A stretch of DNA of 64,000 nt, taken from contig JAHFFT010000001.1 of the NCBI GenBank assembly GCA_023247795.1, positions 2,868 through 66,867 on the forward strand, written 5' to 3'. Each line of letters opens with the position of its first letter. Positions within the stretch are counted from its first letter, which is position 1. The translations under genes were made by a program, and so were the position numbers. Positions 46,151 to 58,789 of the stretch are shown here, piece by piece. The stretch comes from Candidatus Omnitrophota bacterium. Lineage in GTDB: Bacteria > Omnitrophota > Gorgyraeia > Zapsychrales > JANLHA01. The notes under the pieces were generated by a model that was not told where the DNA came from, made no database searches, and worked only from the letters and a program-made list of their open reading frames with translations.

Positions 46151-47038
46151 TCATCCTCGCGGATGAAACTGTTTATGCACGGCCTTCAAACGCTCCCGAT
46201 CCACATGCGTATAAATCTGTGTGGTTGAAATATCAGCATGACCGAGCATCTCCTGGACCGAACGCAGATCAGCCCCATGCTCTAAAAGATGTGTGGCAAA
46301 AGAATGTCGCAACGTATGCGGTTTGATCGATTTTTTGATATTGGCTTTACGGCCATAAGCCTTGATCAATTTCCAAATGCTTTGCCGGCTCAATTTCTTC
46401 CCCAGCCGGCTTAAAAAAACCTGCGGCTGCGCTTGCAACTTCACTGATTTCCGACGGGCCTGCTCAAAATACCGTTTGACCGCCTCCCTGGCACTTTTGC
46501 CGATCGGGATGATCCGTTCCTTACTGCCTTTGCCAACGCAACGGATATATCCCCCGTCCAAATTCACATTTTCAACCTTCAATTCCACGAGTTCCGAAAC
46601 CCGCATGCCGCTGGCATAAAACAATTCAAGGATGGCGAAATCCCGGACCTGTTGCGCCTTCCTTCCTTTCGCGGCATCGATGATCGCCTCAATTTCCTGA
46701 CCTGAGAGCACATCGGGTATGCGTTTCCAGGTCTTTGGCGTATCCAAAAGATTCGTGGGGTCTTCTTTGACCAATCGTTCCCTGACCAAAAAACGATGAA
46801 ACATCTTGGTCGCTGCCAAGCTGCGGCAGATTGAACCCGTCGACAATCCTTCTTCCTTCTGCGTAAAAATATATTTTGAAATCATTTCCCGATCAACCCG
46901 TTCCCAACGGCTCACTTTATGATGTTCCAGATAAGCCAGATATTTATTCAGGTCCCGATGGTAAGCCAACAAAGTGTTCTTGGCCAAACCTCGCTCAATT
47001 GACAAATGATTGATAAAATCGTCAATGAACTTCTCCAT
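46151..47038 (-). CDS. xerD: Site-specific tyrosine recombinase XerD/XerC family
   Basis: N-terminal SAM-like domain (LSIERGLAKNTLLAYHRDL) and a C-terminal catalytic domain (HTLRHSFATHLLEHGADLRSVQEMLGHADISTTQIYTHV with the R..H..R..Y residues). No phage or IS context, so it is read as a chromosomal Xer recombinase. Which paralog it is cannot be decided. Confidence 0.8.
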   Translation of the reverse strand: MEKFIDDFINHLSIERGLAKNTLLAYHRDLNKYLAYLEHHKVSRWERVDREMISKYIFTQKEEGLSTGSICRSLAATKMFHRFLVRERLVKEDPTNLLDTPKTWKRIPDVLSGQEIEAIIDAAKGRKAQQVRDFAILELFYASGMRVSELVELKVENVNLDGGYIRCVGKGSKERIIPIGKSAREAVKRYFEQARRKSVKLQAQPQVFLSRLGKKLSRQSIWKLIKAYGRKANIKKSIKPHTLRHSFATHLLEHGADLRSVQEMLGHADISTTQIYTHVDRERLKAVHKQFHPRG

Positions 47039-47047
47039 GGAACAATC

Positions 47048-49583
<2,536 letters not shown>

Positions 49584-49604
49584 TTACGGAAACTCCCGTA
49601 CCGC

Positions 49605-49874
49605 TCAAAAAACAATCTGAAAATCCCGACAGCTTTCTTTAACCTCCAACCAACTGACCGCTTTTTCTTTAATGCCCCTGTCAAAATGGTCGTCGATTTC
49701 CTGTATCAATTGTTCAATTTTTTCTTTGGAACCCTGCGTTCTGATCTCAACCCGGCCATCGGCCAAATTCTTCACCCATCCACAGATTTTGAGCGGTCTG
49801 GCGAGACTTTGGACCGTGTAACGAAAACCTACACCTTGAACTCGACCGGAATAGACAATGTGAGCTTCAATCAT
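49605..49874 (-). CDS. acyP: Acylphosphatase
   Basis: 89 aa. VQGVGFRYTV and GWVKNLADGRVEI are the two acylphosphatase signatures. Confidence 0.75.
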   Translation of the reverse strand: MIEAHIVYSGRVQGVGFRYTVQSLARPLKICGWVKNLADGRVEIRTQGSKEKIEQLIQEIDDHFDRGIKEKAVSWLEVKESCRDFQIVF

Positions 49875-49890
49875 GCGGATCTAAAAAAGA

Positions 49891-49967
49891 TGGTCGGGAA
49901 GGTGGGATTTGAACCCACGACCTCAACGTCCCGAACGTTGCGCGCTAGCCAGCTGCGCTACTCCCCG
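49891..49967 (-). tRNA. tRNA-Pro (anticodon CGG), CCA encoded
   Basis: The minus strand reads CGGGGAG-TA-GCGC-AGCTGGCTA-GCGC-G-CAACG-TTCGGGA-CGTTG-AGGTC-GTGGG-TTCAAAT-CCCAC-CTTCCCG-A-CCA. A 7-bp acceptor stem (one G-U), D, anticodon and T arms fold. The GTTCAAATCC T-loop is present. Coordinates are good to about 1 nt. Confidence 0.85.
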
Positions 49968-50066
49968 AACACATAAACGACCATCGAAGTTAACAATAAA
50001 ATTTGAAGGGTCATTTTACCATCGACCGGCAGGCGCGTCAACATTACCCCATTTCTTTAAAGCGAC

Positions 50067-50110
50067 AAGTTTCAAGTCACAAGTCGCAAGCAATACCTCT
50101 CCCGCAGAGG
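50067..50110. repeat. CAAGT-rich element plus a short hairpin 3' of the epimerase gene
   Basis: gcgacaagtttcaagtcacaagtcgc (gcgac/gtcgc arms) followed by cctct-cccgc-agagg. Confidence 0.4.
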
Positions 50111-50129
50111 GGTACCTACGGATTCAGAA

Positions 50130-51188
50130 TCAACGCCGGATGTTAAGCTCGCAGTGGATCTGCTCCAAAGTACTGACAAGATCAAACTTTTGCTGCCACT
50201 GCGGATAATGCGACTGAAACTTGGCTAATCGGGTTATGTACCAGATATGGTCCCCGCTTCGCGGCTGATCCAAATACTTAGTTTTTAACTTTTTACCGCA
50301 AATTTTTTCACACAGTGACGCAGCCTCGATCAATGAACAATTGTTTTTCCGACCGCCGCCGATGTTATAAACCTCCCCCGGCCGTGGGTCCTGAAAATAA
50401 TAATAAAAGGCATTCACCAAATCCCTGCTGTGGATATTGTCACGGACCTGTTTGCCCTGATATCCATAGATCGTATACGTTTCTCCAGACAAACAGCATT
50501 TCATCATATAGGATAAAAACCCATGCAACATGGCCCCGCTGTGTTTGGGGCCGGTCAAGCATCCTCCTCGAAACGATACGGTCTTCATCCCAAAATAACG
50601 GCTATATTCCTGCACCAAAATATCGGCTGCCACCTTCGAGGCCCCGAATAAAGAATGCTTGGAAAAATCAATGCTCATTTCTTCATCGATCCCGGAAAAA
50701 TAAGAATGCTTCGTGGGAAGTTCCCAACGTGTCGCCTGTTCCTCAAACGGTAAAGAATTGGGCCGGTCGCCGTAAACTTTATTCGTACTGGTAAAAATGA
50801 ATACCGCCTGTGGACAATACCGTCGGGATAACTCCAAAAGGTTCAACGTCCCATTGGCGTTGATGCTAAAATCGGTCAAGGGCTCTTTAGCCGCCCAGTC
50901 ATGCGACGGTTGGGCCGCGGCATGGATGATCAGTTGGATGCCTTTTTTAAATTTCTGAAAAATTTTTTCACACGCGCCGAACTCACGGATATCCACATCA
51001 CAATGCCGGTAAGACTTGATATGCTTCTTTAAACGGTCACGGTTCCATCGGGTTGACGCGCTTGGACCAAAGAAATACTTCCGGGCGTCATTATCAATCC
51101 CGACAACATCAAAACCCTTTTTCGAAAAAAATTCAACCGCTTCCGAGCCAATGAGCCCAGCTGAACCGGTGATCAACACGATAGCCAT
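50130..51188 (-). CDS. NAD-dependent epimerase/dehydratase family protein (CDP-paratose 2-epimerase-like SDR)
   Basis: The N-terminal Rossmann motif is [10 protein letters not shown]. The extended-SDR catalytic region is STNKVYGD...K. Confidence 0.8.
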   Translation of the reverse strand: MAIVLITGSAGLIGSEAVEFFSKKGFDVVGIDNDARKYFFGPSASTRWNRDRLKKHIKSYRHCDVDIREFGACEKIFQKFKKGIQLIIHAAAQPSHDWAAKEPLTDFSINANGTLNLLELSRRYCPQAVFIFTSTNKVYGDRPNSLPFEEQATRWELPTKHSYFSGIDEEMSIDFSKHSLFGASKVAADILVQEYSRYFGMKTVSFRGGCLTGPKHSGAMLHGFLSYMMKCCLSGETYTIYGYQGKQVRDNIHSRDLVNAFYYYFQDPRPGEVYNIGGGRKNNCSLIEAASLCEKICGKKLKTKYLDQPRSGDHIWYITRLAKFQSHYPQWQQKFDLVSTLEQIHCELNIRR

Positions 51189-51302
51189 TCATCTCCTCCT
51201 ATGACTTCTCCATTTTAATATAAAATCTCGGAATCAAAAACATTTCGTCAAATAATATGAAAGTTGTTGGGCGCGCTACGGTCATCGTGTTATAATTTTT
51301 TC

Positions 51303-52175
51303 ATGAAAAAAATCCCTGATCTTTTCAAACAAAAAGATCGCACCTATTCTTTTGAACTTTTCCCACCGAAGACCGACGTCGGATATCAAAATCTGCTTAA
51401 GACGATCTCTGCGCTCGCTCTTTTGAAACCGGATTTTTTTACCTGCACCTACGGGGCCGGCGGTGGCAATCGGGATAGGACCTTTGATATTGTTCAACAC
51501 ATCCAAACCAATCATCATTTCCCGACGGTGGCACATCTGACCTGCGTTTTGCACACCAAAGACGAAATAAAAAATATTTTAACCAACATTCAACATCGCG
51601 GCATCGTCAATGTTCTAGCCTTGCGGGGCGATCCGCCACAAACTCATCCTGATTGGAAACCAGGGGCCGAGAACTTTCATTACAGCAGCGAGCTCTGCGC
51701 TTTTATCCGTAAACATTTTGGCCAAAATTTCGGCATTGGGGTCGCCGGGTTTCCGGAAGGGCACCTGCTTTGCCCGGACCGCGATCTGGACGCCAAATAT
51801 CTCAAACTTAAAATGGAAAGCGGCGCTGACTTCATCATCACGCAGCTTTTTTTCAATAATCAAGACTATTTCGATTATGTCAAACGACTGCGAGTATTGG
51901 GCGTGACACAACGCGTGATCCCCGGGATCCTGCCGATCACCGATTATCCAGCTCTTTTGCGATTCACGAAAATGTGCGGAGCCACAGTGACCCCTGAAGT
52001 CAAGGAAATCTTTGAACCCATCCAAGATGATAAGGAAAAAACGCTGCAGACGGGAATTGACTTCGCGATTCGACAATGCCGAACCTTATTAGCCGGCGGA
52101 GCTCCGGGCCTGCATTTTTACACCCTCAACAAAACTCACCCCGTTGACGTGATCCTCAAAGAAGCTCGTTGTTAA
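51303..52175 (+). CDS. metF: Methylenetetrahydrofolate reductase MetF
   Basis: Start set at MKKIPDLFKQKDRTYSFELFPPKT, the canonical MetF N-terminus; the ORF track starts at a TTG at 51264. Also TYGAGG and ALRGDPP. Confidence 0.85.
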   Translation: MKKIPDLFKQKDRTYSFELFPPKTDVGYQNLLKTISALALLKPDFFTCTYGAGGGNRDRTFDIVQHIQTNHHFPTVAHLTCVLHTKDEIKNILTNIQHRGIVNVLALRGDPPQTHPDWKPGAENFHYSSELCAFIRKHFGQNFGIGVAGFPEGHLLCPDRDLDAKYLKLKMESGADFIITQLFFNNQDYFDYVKRLRVLGVTQRVIPGILPITDYPALLRFTKMCGATVTPEVKEIFEPIQDDKEKTLQTGIDFAIRQCRTLLAGGAPGLHFYTLNKTHPVDVILKEARC

Positions 52176-53713
52176 AACAACTGCATCTGATCTTCCGTCT
52201 TAACTTTCTTACGCCGGACAGATATCTTTTCATAACTTTTAAGATCTTCTTCAATATCACGCAGAAAAGGCGTTGGCCGACTTTGATGAGTTTGACCGAA
52301 AAGTTGACGCTGTTTAGCGTGCAATAAATAAAGTTGTTCCTTGGCCCGTGTCATACCAACGTAAAGCAGCCGACGCTCTTCTTCTTTATTGGACGAAAGA
52401 CCCGCTAAATCAAGCGGCAGCAATTTCTCTTCACAGCCGACGATAAAGACAACCGGAAATTCCAATCCCTTGGCCGCGTGCAATGTCATCAAACTCACCC
52501 GTTCATGATCAAAGACCACATCAATCTCCCGAGTTGGACAAACTTCGTCATCGTCTTCGCTCTTCGGTTCATTCACCTGATAAGGGATCCCACTGCGCTC
52601 AAAGGCCTGTTTCAAGGCATGACGCTGGCTATTGAGCCGGTACAGAACAGCAACATCACCAAAGCTGCGGTCGGCCATTTGATCCGCCGCGACCCGCGAC
52701 GAGTCGTACGAAAACAAGCTAGTCCCTCCGACCATTTTTTCCACTTCATGCACCACATATTCCGCCTCTGCCTTTTCCGTCGGGCAGGAATGGATGGTCA
52801 AACGGCCTTGCTGATAAATCTGTGCCGTGATTTTAGCGACCTGGGCATGACCCGACGAGCCGATCATCTGCGATGAGGCTGATAATAAATTTTGCGCGTT
52901 GCGGTAATTCTCCGTCAAGGACATGACCTCCGCCGGCACGAAATCCTGGCTAAAGCTGGAAAAATATTTCACCTCAGAACCACGAAAGCCATAAATGGCC
53001 TGGTTCGGATCGCCGATCGCGGTCAAATGGTTATCGTGTCCGACAACGCATTTTAAAAGTTCATGTTGGATCCGATTGATGTCTTGATATTCATCAACGC
53101 AAATGAACCGATAACATCCCTTTATATCGTCGAGAGTTTTGCGGTTTTTCAAAAATAACCGGTAGGTCTCTAACAACAAATCGTCGAAATCCAACCAGCG
53201 CAGTTCGCGCAGCCGCTGATCATATTCTTTCAAAACTTCCGGTGCCGCCCCGTCAAATTCGGTCGATTTCCACTGCGAGATCTGTTCGAGCCGTTCCTTC
53301 CGCTCTTTGGGTTTGAGCCGCGGCCAAAGGGTCTTGGCCAGAGCAACACGGTCTTCTTGACCAGCCACTTTAAAATCTTCTGCCAACCCTGAATGTTTTC
53401 CGTATTGCTGCAAAACCTGCAGGCACCATTGATGAAACGTCCCCATCACAATCTGCTCCCGAAATTGTGGCCAACGTTTTGCCACACGGCTAGCCATGTT
53501 ATCGGCAGCTTTATGGGTAAAAGTAACGGCTAAAATCTTTTGATGGGATTCCAATTCTTGGGCGAGGAAAGCCATGCGGTAAGTTAAGGTATGGGTCTTT
53601 CCCGTACCCGGACCGGCCACAATCAACAAATGATTTTTGGGGTGGGTGATGGCCTGCCATTGTGCGGCATTCACATCATCGGGCTTTTGCATAGGGGAGA
53701 CAGGGATTGTCAA
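52172..53713 (-). CDS. UvrD/Rep/PcrA-family DNA helicase, short form (513 aa)
   Basis: Motif I (LLIVAGPGTGKTHTL), Ia, II (DEYQD) and VI (YVGMTRAKEQL). It lacks the long 2B insertion. A 4-bp overlap with the upstream PHP gene. Confidence 0.75.
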   Translation of the reverse strand: MTIPVSPMQKPDDVNAAQWQAITHPKNHLLIVAGPGTGKTHTLTYRMAFLAQELESHQKILAVTFTHKAADNMASRVAKRWPQFREQIVMGTFHQWCLQVLQQYGKHSGLAEDFKVAGQEDRVALAKTLWPRLKPKERKERLEQISQWKSTEFDGAAPEVLKEYDQRLRELRWLDFDDLLLETYRLFLKNRKTLDDIKGCYRFICVDEYQDINRIQHELLKCVVGHDNHLTAIGDPNQAIYGFRGSEVKYFSSFSQDFVPAEVMSLTENYRNAQNLLSASSQMIGSSGHAQVAKITAQIYQQGRLTIHSCPTEKAEAEYVVHEVEKMVGGTSLFSYDSSRVAADQMADRSFGDVAVLYRLNSQRHALKQAFERSGIPYQVNEPKSEDDDEVCPTREIDVVFDHERVSLMTLHAAKGLEFPVVFIVGCEEKLLPLDLAGLSSNKEEERRLLYVGMTRAKEQLYLLHAKQRQLFGQTHQSRPTPFLRDIEEDLKSYEKISVRRKKVKTEDQMQLF

Positions 53714-54996
53714 AACAAGACGAGCTGTTCTTTCGCGGTTTCGCGTTCTTGCGGTTGATAAATCTTGATCACACCATATTCGCCGTCGTACCCAGGTTCA
53801 ATATTGACTTTACCTTCGCGCACACGGCGGATCCCTTCCGCTAAAATCGATCCGGCCATTGCCTTGATTTCAGCAAGCGAGGCTTCCCGCAAAATGTACA
53901 TCTCACTGCCCATTTTTGCTAACAGCTCCCTATAGACGCGCTGAACACCTTGCGCGTTCTGTCCCATGCCTTTGGCGTCGGCAATGATCTCTGGCAATGG
54001 AATCAAACTGGTATACGGCCGCCAGCGAGGAGATTTGCGTCCCTCAGGATGGTCAGCCAATTCTTCCACACGGTGCATGACCCCGATCGTGACCGGCTTG
54101 CCCGTTTGCGGATCTAATCCCTTATGCTTGATCGTTTCCTGAGGATGAAGGCGCAAATTTTGGCTGCGTAATCCGTCATAATGGTATTTTCCCTCTTCGG
54201 GAAAAAACTCAACCGTTCCCACGAGACCCTTATTTTGAGGGTCCTTCAGGGCCTGATAAATACCCGAATAAGAAAATTCTGTATCATAAATGGTGGATTC
54301 TCGACCAAGTTTTTGCGGCGAATGCGCATCCGAATGGGAAACCAACGCGTAAGGATCTAACTGACTCAATCGCCAGTTCATCAAAGGGTCCGACGACAAT
54401 CCGGTTTCAACCGCGAAAATATGCGGGCTAAGATCAGCGAAGCAATCGGTCATCTTATCAAAGCCGCTCTTGGAACCCAGCGCTGAGAACCAGGGCGTCC
54501 AGATGTGCGCCGGGATCAGATAACTCATGGGGTCGGATTCCAAGACAATCTCCAAAAGGTCACGGGAATCCAAACCTAAAATCGGCCGCCCGTCGGAAGA
54601 GATGTTGCCGATGGCCCCCAATCGACTTTGGATCTTTTCCGCGGCCTTAAAATCAGGAGCCAAAACCACGTTATGGACCTTGCGGACCTTATCCAGCCTT
54701 TTATAAATGTTTGAAATCTCGACGGTGAGCATGAAGCGCACCTCGCCTTGACAGGCCTTGGGGAGTTCCTTCTGAATTTTTTTTGTGTAAGCACTTTTGA
54801 GTTTGAAAAAACCTTCCTCTGCCGGTTCGAGCTTTTCTTTCAATTCTTTCATCCATCCGGGATGGGCAAAGTCGCCGGTACCGACGACCTGGATCCCCTT
54901 CAACTGCGCCCAGAGGAATAAGTATTCCAGATTGAGATTTTTGCTCGTCGCACGGGAAAAATGGGAATGGATATGAAGATCGGCGTAATAACGCAT
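53710..54996 (-). CDS. PHP-domain nuclease, endonuclease Q (EndoQ, TIGR00375)-like
   Basis: YADLHIHSHFSRA (PHP motif I), VVGTGD, IPAHIWTPW, TGLSSDP, SHSDAHSP..LGRE and PGYDGEYGVIKI parallel the conserved blocks of archaeal EndoQ as I recall them. The C-terminal Zn-finger cysteines of Pyrococcus EndoQ are not present here. Confidence 0.6.
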   Translation of the reverse strand: MRYYADLHIHSHFSRATSKNLNLEYLFLWAQLKGIQVVGTGDFAHPGWMKELKEKLEPAEEGFFKLKSAYTKKIQKELPKACQGEVRFMLTVEISNIYKRLDKVRKVHNVVLAPDFKAAEKIQSRLGAIGNISSDGRPILGLDSRDLLEIVLESDPMSYLIPAHIWTPWFSALGSKSGFDKMTDCFADLSPHIFAVETGLSSDPLMNWRLSQLDPYALVSHSDAHSPQKLGRESTIYDTEFSYSGIYQALKDPQNKGLVGTVEFFPEEGKYHYDGLRSQNLRLHPQETIKHKGLDPQTGKPVTIGVMHRVEELADHPEGRKSPRWRPYTSLIPLPEIIADAKGMGQNAQGVQRVYRELLAKMGSEMYILREASLAEIKAMAGSILAEGIRRVREGKVNIEPGYDGEYGVIKIYQPQERETAKEQLVLF

Positions 54997-55087
54997 GTTT
55001 TTATGGATGGATTTTGATTTGTCCTGATCCTAACAGATTAAAGGTGATATTGCAATAACCTTATTCTGACCTGCGGGGTCTACTGCG

Positions 55088-56257
55088 CTAATGATAGTAT
55101 TGGGAAAAGAGATAAAAATTGCGGCCGATAGCGATGAGTAGAAAAATGACGATATTGATAACGAAGAAATCATAGACCGGCTTCCAAGGCTTCAAACCTT
55201 CGATCGATTTGAGAATGAAATAAAAGACGAGTGGCGAGAGAAAAAGCGTCAGACGCTCACCGGTAAACGGATACTTTTTAATGATTGACAAGATAAACAA
55301 TTCGCATAATAAAAAGGCTCCGATGACCCCTGCCGTTTGGACCTTGAACTTCTCTCTTACCATCGCGACTAGCCCAAACCTAACCAGGCCATAAAGAAAA
55401 AATGGGATCAAAAAACTGCTCCATTGAATAAATACTTTTTCTTTCCCATACCAAGTCGTAGCTAGCCGGCGCAGACCTTCCCAGAAACTTTCCATAAAGC
55501 AGCCAAAGGAATGCGTGCAGATAAAATAAGATTCCCAATATTCGATCAGCGGTTGATGGGTGGTCGAATATCGCAAATCGGTCAAATAAACAAAAACAAC
55601 AACCAGCCCGGTTAACAAGAAAAAAATTACGGCGGGCTGATCCAGCTTTGGGGACAGTCCCTTAAGGGACTGTCCCCCACCACGGATGATTTCTGCTAAA
55701 AAATTCAAAATCAGAATACCCATAAAAAAAATAGCGGCATAAGAAAACAGCAAGCAGAACGGCAGCAACCAAAAGAAATACCTTGGCTGTTTTCCGCCTA
55801 AAAGATAAAATGTAAAAATCCCAGCAACGAGAACATCCATACTGTACGGCTTAAATTCTGCAGCATAATAACCAAAAAAATAACTTCCCCCCATCATCGT
55901 CAGTGCCAAAGCATAACTGGTCTTGTCGATGAAAACCTGTCGAAAAATTTTCTGCCAGACCCAAAAAGCCAAAATCATCGCGACGAGTGGAAATAAACGC
56001 AAAACCGGAACCGGATAACCAAACGGCTGGCTGACCGCTTTGATCAACATGAGATAAACCCGCGGGAAGGCTTGGGAATGGTCCAACAGCCCTAAAAGCC
56101 CCGAATAAGAAAACCTTTGGATATTATCGAGAAGAAAAAGTTCATCCATCCATAAGGGACGAGCTGAAAAATAATGCAAAAGTGCCAATGCAAGAAACAG
56201 CGTCCAGCTGCCGATATCAATCCATCTTAGAGAAAGCCTCTGAGAGAATCTAACCAT
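55088..56257 (-). CDS. GT-C superfamily glycosyltransferase (ArnT/PMT, GT39/GT83-like) membrane protein
   Basis: First-loop RPLWMDELFLLD (the DE motif) and PFGYPVPVLRLFPLVAMILAFW (equivalent to fGyse.aaRlpsalfg), with about 11 TM. Confidence 0.55.
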   Translation of the reverse strand: MVRFSQRLSLRWIDIGSWTLFLALALLHYFSARPLWMDELFLLDNIQRFSYSGLLGLLDHSQAFPRVYLMLIKAVSQPFGYPVPVLRLFPLVAMILAFWVWQKIFRQVFIDKTSYALALTMMGGSYFFGYYAAEFKPYSMDVLVAGIFTFYLLGGKQPRYFFWLLPFCLLFSYAAIFFMGILILNFLAEIIRGGGQSLKGLSPKLDQPAVIFFLLTGLVVVFVYLTDLRYSTTHQPLIEYWESYFICTHSFGCFMESFWEGLRRLATTWYGKEKVFIQWSSFLIPFFLYGLVRFGLVAMVREKFKVQTAGVIGAFLLCELFILSIIKKYPFTGERLTLFLSPLVFYFILKSIEGLKPWKPVYDFFVINIVIFLLIAIGRNFYLFSQYYH

Positions 56258-56295
56258 GCCCCTATGATGGATAAAAAATTTTTATTTTTCAAGCG

Positions 56296-56360
56296 GAATA
56301 TAAAAAACAACCCCGGGAGTTAAACCCCCGGGGTTGAAGCCAAAGGCGAACTTCGCCTTG
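56296..56360 (-). terminator. Rho-independent terminator (two hairpins plus a T-tract) 3' of the 56368-57024 gene
   Basis: Plus-strand aaggcgaacttcgcctt and aaccccgggagttaaacccccggggtt (9-bp GC-rich stem). On the minus strand the second hairpin is followed by GTTTTTTAT. Confidence 0.6.
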
Positions 56361-56367
56361 AGCGAGG

Positions 56368-57024
56368 TTACTTCTTTGCAAAATACTTGGCTGCTTTATC
56401 TTTGCCGCCTAGCCCATAAGCCAGGGCAAGAGCAAGCACCACACCGCCAAAAAGAATATAGAACGGGGTGCCGACAAAGATCTCGCCGAACCCAAGTTCG
56501 ATGACCGTTACCTTGATGGCATAGATCGTAATGGCCCATCGAGTTACGCGTTCATAGATCTTTGGCTTGGGAAAACCGACGTGCGTGGTGATGACATAAA
56601 TGACGCTTGCAACCACCTTCGCTATGATTAAGCCCAACGCCAAAGCTAATACGGCTGCGACAACCTGCGGCAAATAAGCCACAGTGCCAGAGATCATGCC
56701 GCCCGACATCGTCACTCCGAGGTGATCAACCGTCATCAAAACAAAGATGACCATAACCACCAAGTGGACCAATGAAGCAACCAGATCACTGAATTTATGC
56801 TTTACCCCACCTTTATGAAGAGCCCCTGACAAGCCAATCTTGTCAGAAAGAATGTCAAACTTGAGCTCTGTCAATAATCGGTGAAAGATAACGCGCAGCA
56901 CTTTAGCCACAAAAATACCGACTAATAGAATTATTAGTGCGCTGACCAAAGTGGGGACGTAACTCGCTACCTTATAGACCATGTCTCGAAACGGTGACAG
57001 TAATAAAGTATCGATTGTAGTCAT
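56368..57024 (-). CDS. Membrane protein with conserved TM-helix repeats (MscS-associated TM_helix type)
   Basis: Start probably at MTTIDTLLL; the ORF track extends to 57081. Repeated hydrophobic helices are separated by K/R-rich loops (ALIILLVGIFVAKVLRVIFHRLL...). Weak family assignment. Confidence 0.45.
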   Translation of the reverse strand: MTTIDTLLLSPFRDMVYKVASYVPTLVSALIILLVGIFVAKVLRVIFHRLLTELKFDILSDKIGLSGALHKGGVKHKFSDLVASLVHLVVMVIFVLMTVDHLGVTMSGGMISGTVAYLPQVVAAVLALALGLIIAKVVASVIYVITTHVGFPKPKIYERVTRWAITIYAIKVTVIELGFGEIFVGTPFYILFGGVVLALALAYGLGGKDKAAKYFAKK

Positions 57025-57456
57025 TTTAATCCCCTCCTTTCTTTTAACCATTGCTGCCTGCATCATCAGCTGTCGTAACAAAAAAGGCCCAGACTTTGAA
57101 TCGATCTGGACCTTAGATATGCGTAAAATCAGTTGGACTGCTATTGTTGCAGCCCGGCCACCATAGAAGTATCCTTAGGTCCGAGGCTTTGCGCCCTTAA
57201 GTTTCCTTAAGTTTGCCTTTCGAGAGTCCTCCCCTACTTTTCTCACCTCTGAGAACCTCTCAATTAGAGCATATCACATTTTGGTGGTTTGACAAGGTGG
57301 CTAGAGGGAATTAGACTAGAATCATAATATATTGAAAATAAATGAGTTATGGATTAGACATTTACAGATCCCTAAAATGAAGCATGCTCGCAACCAAAAT
57401 CGCGCCTCAAGAGAATCAAATGGGAGCCAAGTCCGGATCTGACTCACTTTTTATAC

Positions 57457-57520
57457 TTAAAAACAATCTCAGGTCGTACAGCGGCTGGATATTGATGATG
57501 GAGACAAAACTTGTGTGAAT
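57457..57520 (-). pseudogene. Orphan 3' fragment of the giant-gene C-terminal module (about 20 codons, degenerate)
   Basis: The minus-strand translation FVSIINIQPLYDLRLFLSIK* aligns with ...FVPVIINVQPLYDLLAFLGIK* of the 60206-63997 gene. The DNA (cgtacagcggctggatattgatgatg) matches 60239-60262. No start codon. Confidence 0.55.
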
Positions 57521-57538
57521 AGAAAAACTTCCTCAAAA

Positions 57539-58720
57539 TTATTCATTCAAAGATTGTATCCGTTGATAACAATCAAGAACATTCAGGTAGGAATGAATTG
57601 AAACATCTTCCCTGTTAAATTCATTTTTGCCTCCATAAACGACAGCCCGGCCCAACATATCTTTGCCAGCCAAACGCTTTAGAAAATCAAGGCCTTTAAA
57701 AAATTCCTCATGTATGGTCTGCCCCGCTTTGATTTCGACACTCATAATCCGGCGGGCCTTTTCGATGATCAGGTCCACCTCGCTGCCGTGATTATCCCTA
57801 AAAAAATAAAGCGGCGCCTCTCGCCCCTGCGACCAAAAATATTTCAAGAATTCAATGACCACAAAATTTTCAAACAAGGCACCCCGCAAAGGATCACGGC
57901 TCATCTGAGAAGACTTTTCGATCCCCAGCAAATATGCCGCGAGTCCGGTATCGTAAAAATACATTTTAGGGGCCTTAATGATCCTTTTCTTCCAATTACG
58001 GTAATAAGCTGGAAGCAAAAAAACCACATAGCTCGCTTCCAGAACAGACATCCATTCCTTGATCGTCGTATGCGAAACCCCTAAGTCATTGCTGATACTA
58101 GAGAGGTTAAGTATTTGACCGATCCGCCCGGCGCATAGTTTCAAAAATTTCTGGAATGAAGAAAGGTTCTTGACATTGATGACCTGCCGCACGTCCCGTT
58201 CCACATAGGTCGCGACATAGTCGCGCATCGCGTCGGAAGGGTCAATCTTTTGATCAAAAATCCTGGGGAAAAACCCTGTGTGGACAATGTCATCCGCTGT
58301 ACGCTTTTGGATCAAAGAACGGATTTCCTCCACCGAAAAGGGCAAAAGTTTCAGGACGGCCGTACGGCCGGCCAAAGACTGCCGAATGGACCGCAATAAC
58401 AAAAGGTTCTGACTACCACTGAGAATATACAGACCATTTTTGTTACGTTCATCGACAATCCCCTGAAGATAAGAAAGGATTTCCGGGACCCGTTGGACTT
58501 CATCCAGAATAGCTCCTTCAGGATAACGGCCCAGAAACCCCCTGGGATCCTGCATGGCTAGTTCACGAATATCCGGAATCTCAAAAGAAAGATAAGATTT
58601 TTTGGGGAAAACTTTACGGCACAACGTGGTTTTGCCGGATTGCCTAGGCCCGGTCACCGAAACAACCGGATAATGTCTGGCGGATTCCCTGAGTTTGGCT
58701 TCAAGAATTCTAGTGATCAT
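57539..58720 (-). CDS. AAA+ ATPase, COG1373 family (AAA_14 + DUF4143)
   Basis: Start set at MITRILEAKL; the ORF-track extension to 58864 reads through the orphan repeat. Walker A (VTGPRQSGKTTL); ILDEVQRVPEI (the DEvQ Walker B region); C-terminal DUF4143-like. Confidence 0.75.
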   Translation of the reverse strand: MITRILEAKLRESARHYPVVSVTGPRQSGKTTLCRKVFPKKSYLSFEIPDIRELAMQDPRGFLGRYPEGAILDEVQRVPEILSYLQGIVDERNKNGLYILSGSQNLLLLRSIRQSLAGRTAVLKLLPFSVEEIRSLIQKRTADDIVHTGFFPRIFDQKIDPSDAMRDYVATYVERDVRQVINVKNLSSFQKFLKLCAGRIGQILNLSSISNDLGVSHTTIKEWMSVLEASYVVFLLPAYYRNWKKRIIKAPKMYFYDTGLAAYLLGIEKSSQMSRDPLRGALFENFVVIEFLKYFWSQGREAPLYFFRDNHGSEVDLIIEKARRIMSVEIKAGQTIHEEFFKGLDFLKRLAGKDMLGRAVVYGGKNEFNREDVSIHSYLNVLDCYQRIQSLNE

Positions 58721-58789
58721 AAATAAACCATACCACATCTTGTACAGTTTGCAAGTTAAATATTCAATTAGTACAGATTTGTTCTCAAA

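Noticed and set aside
46151-47038. Tyrosine recombinase as a prophage or integron integrase marking a mobile island
   Set aside because: It has an XerC/D-type two-domain layout and a housekeeping neighbourhood (ligA, cca, rbfA). There is no adjacent tRNA-attachment site, phage gene or attC array. The nearest tRNA is 3 kb away with housekeeping genes between.
51264-51302. N-terminal TTG-initiated extension of metF in the ORF track
   Set aside because: The canonical MetF N-terminus (MKK...SFELFPPKT) starts at 51303. The extension overlaps the divergent promoter region and contains a TATAAT-like box.
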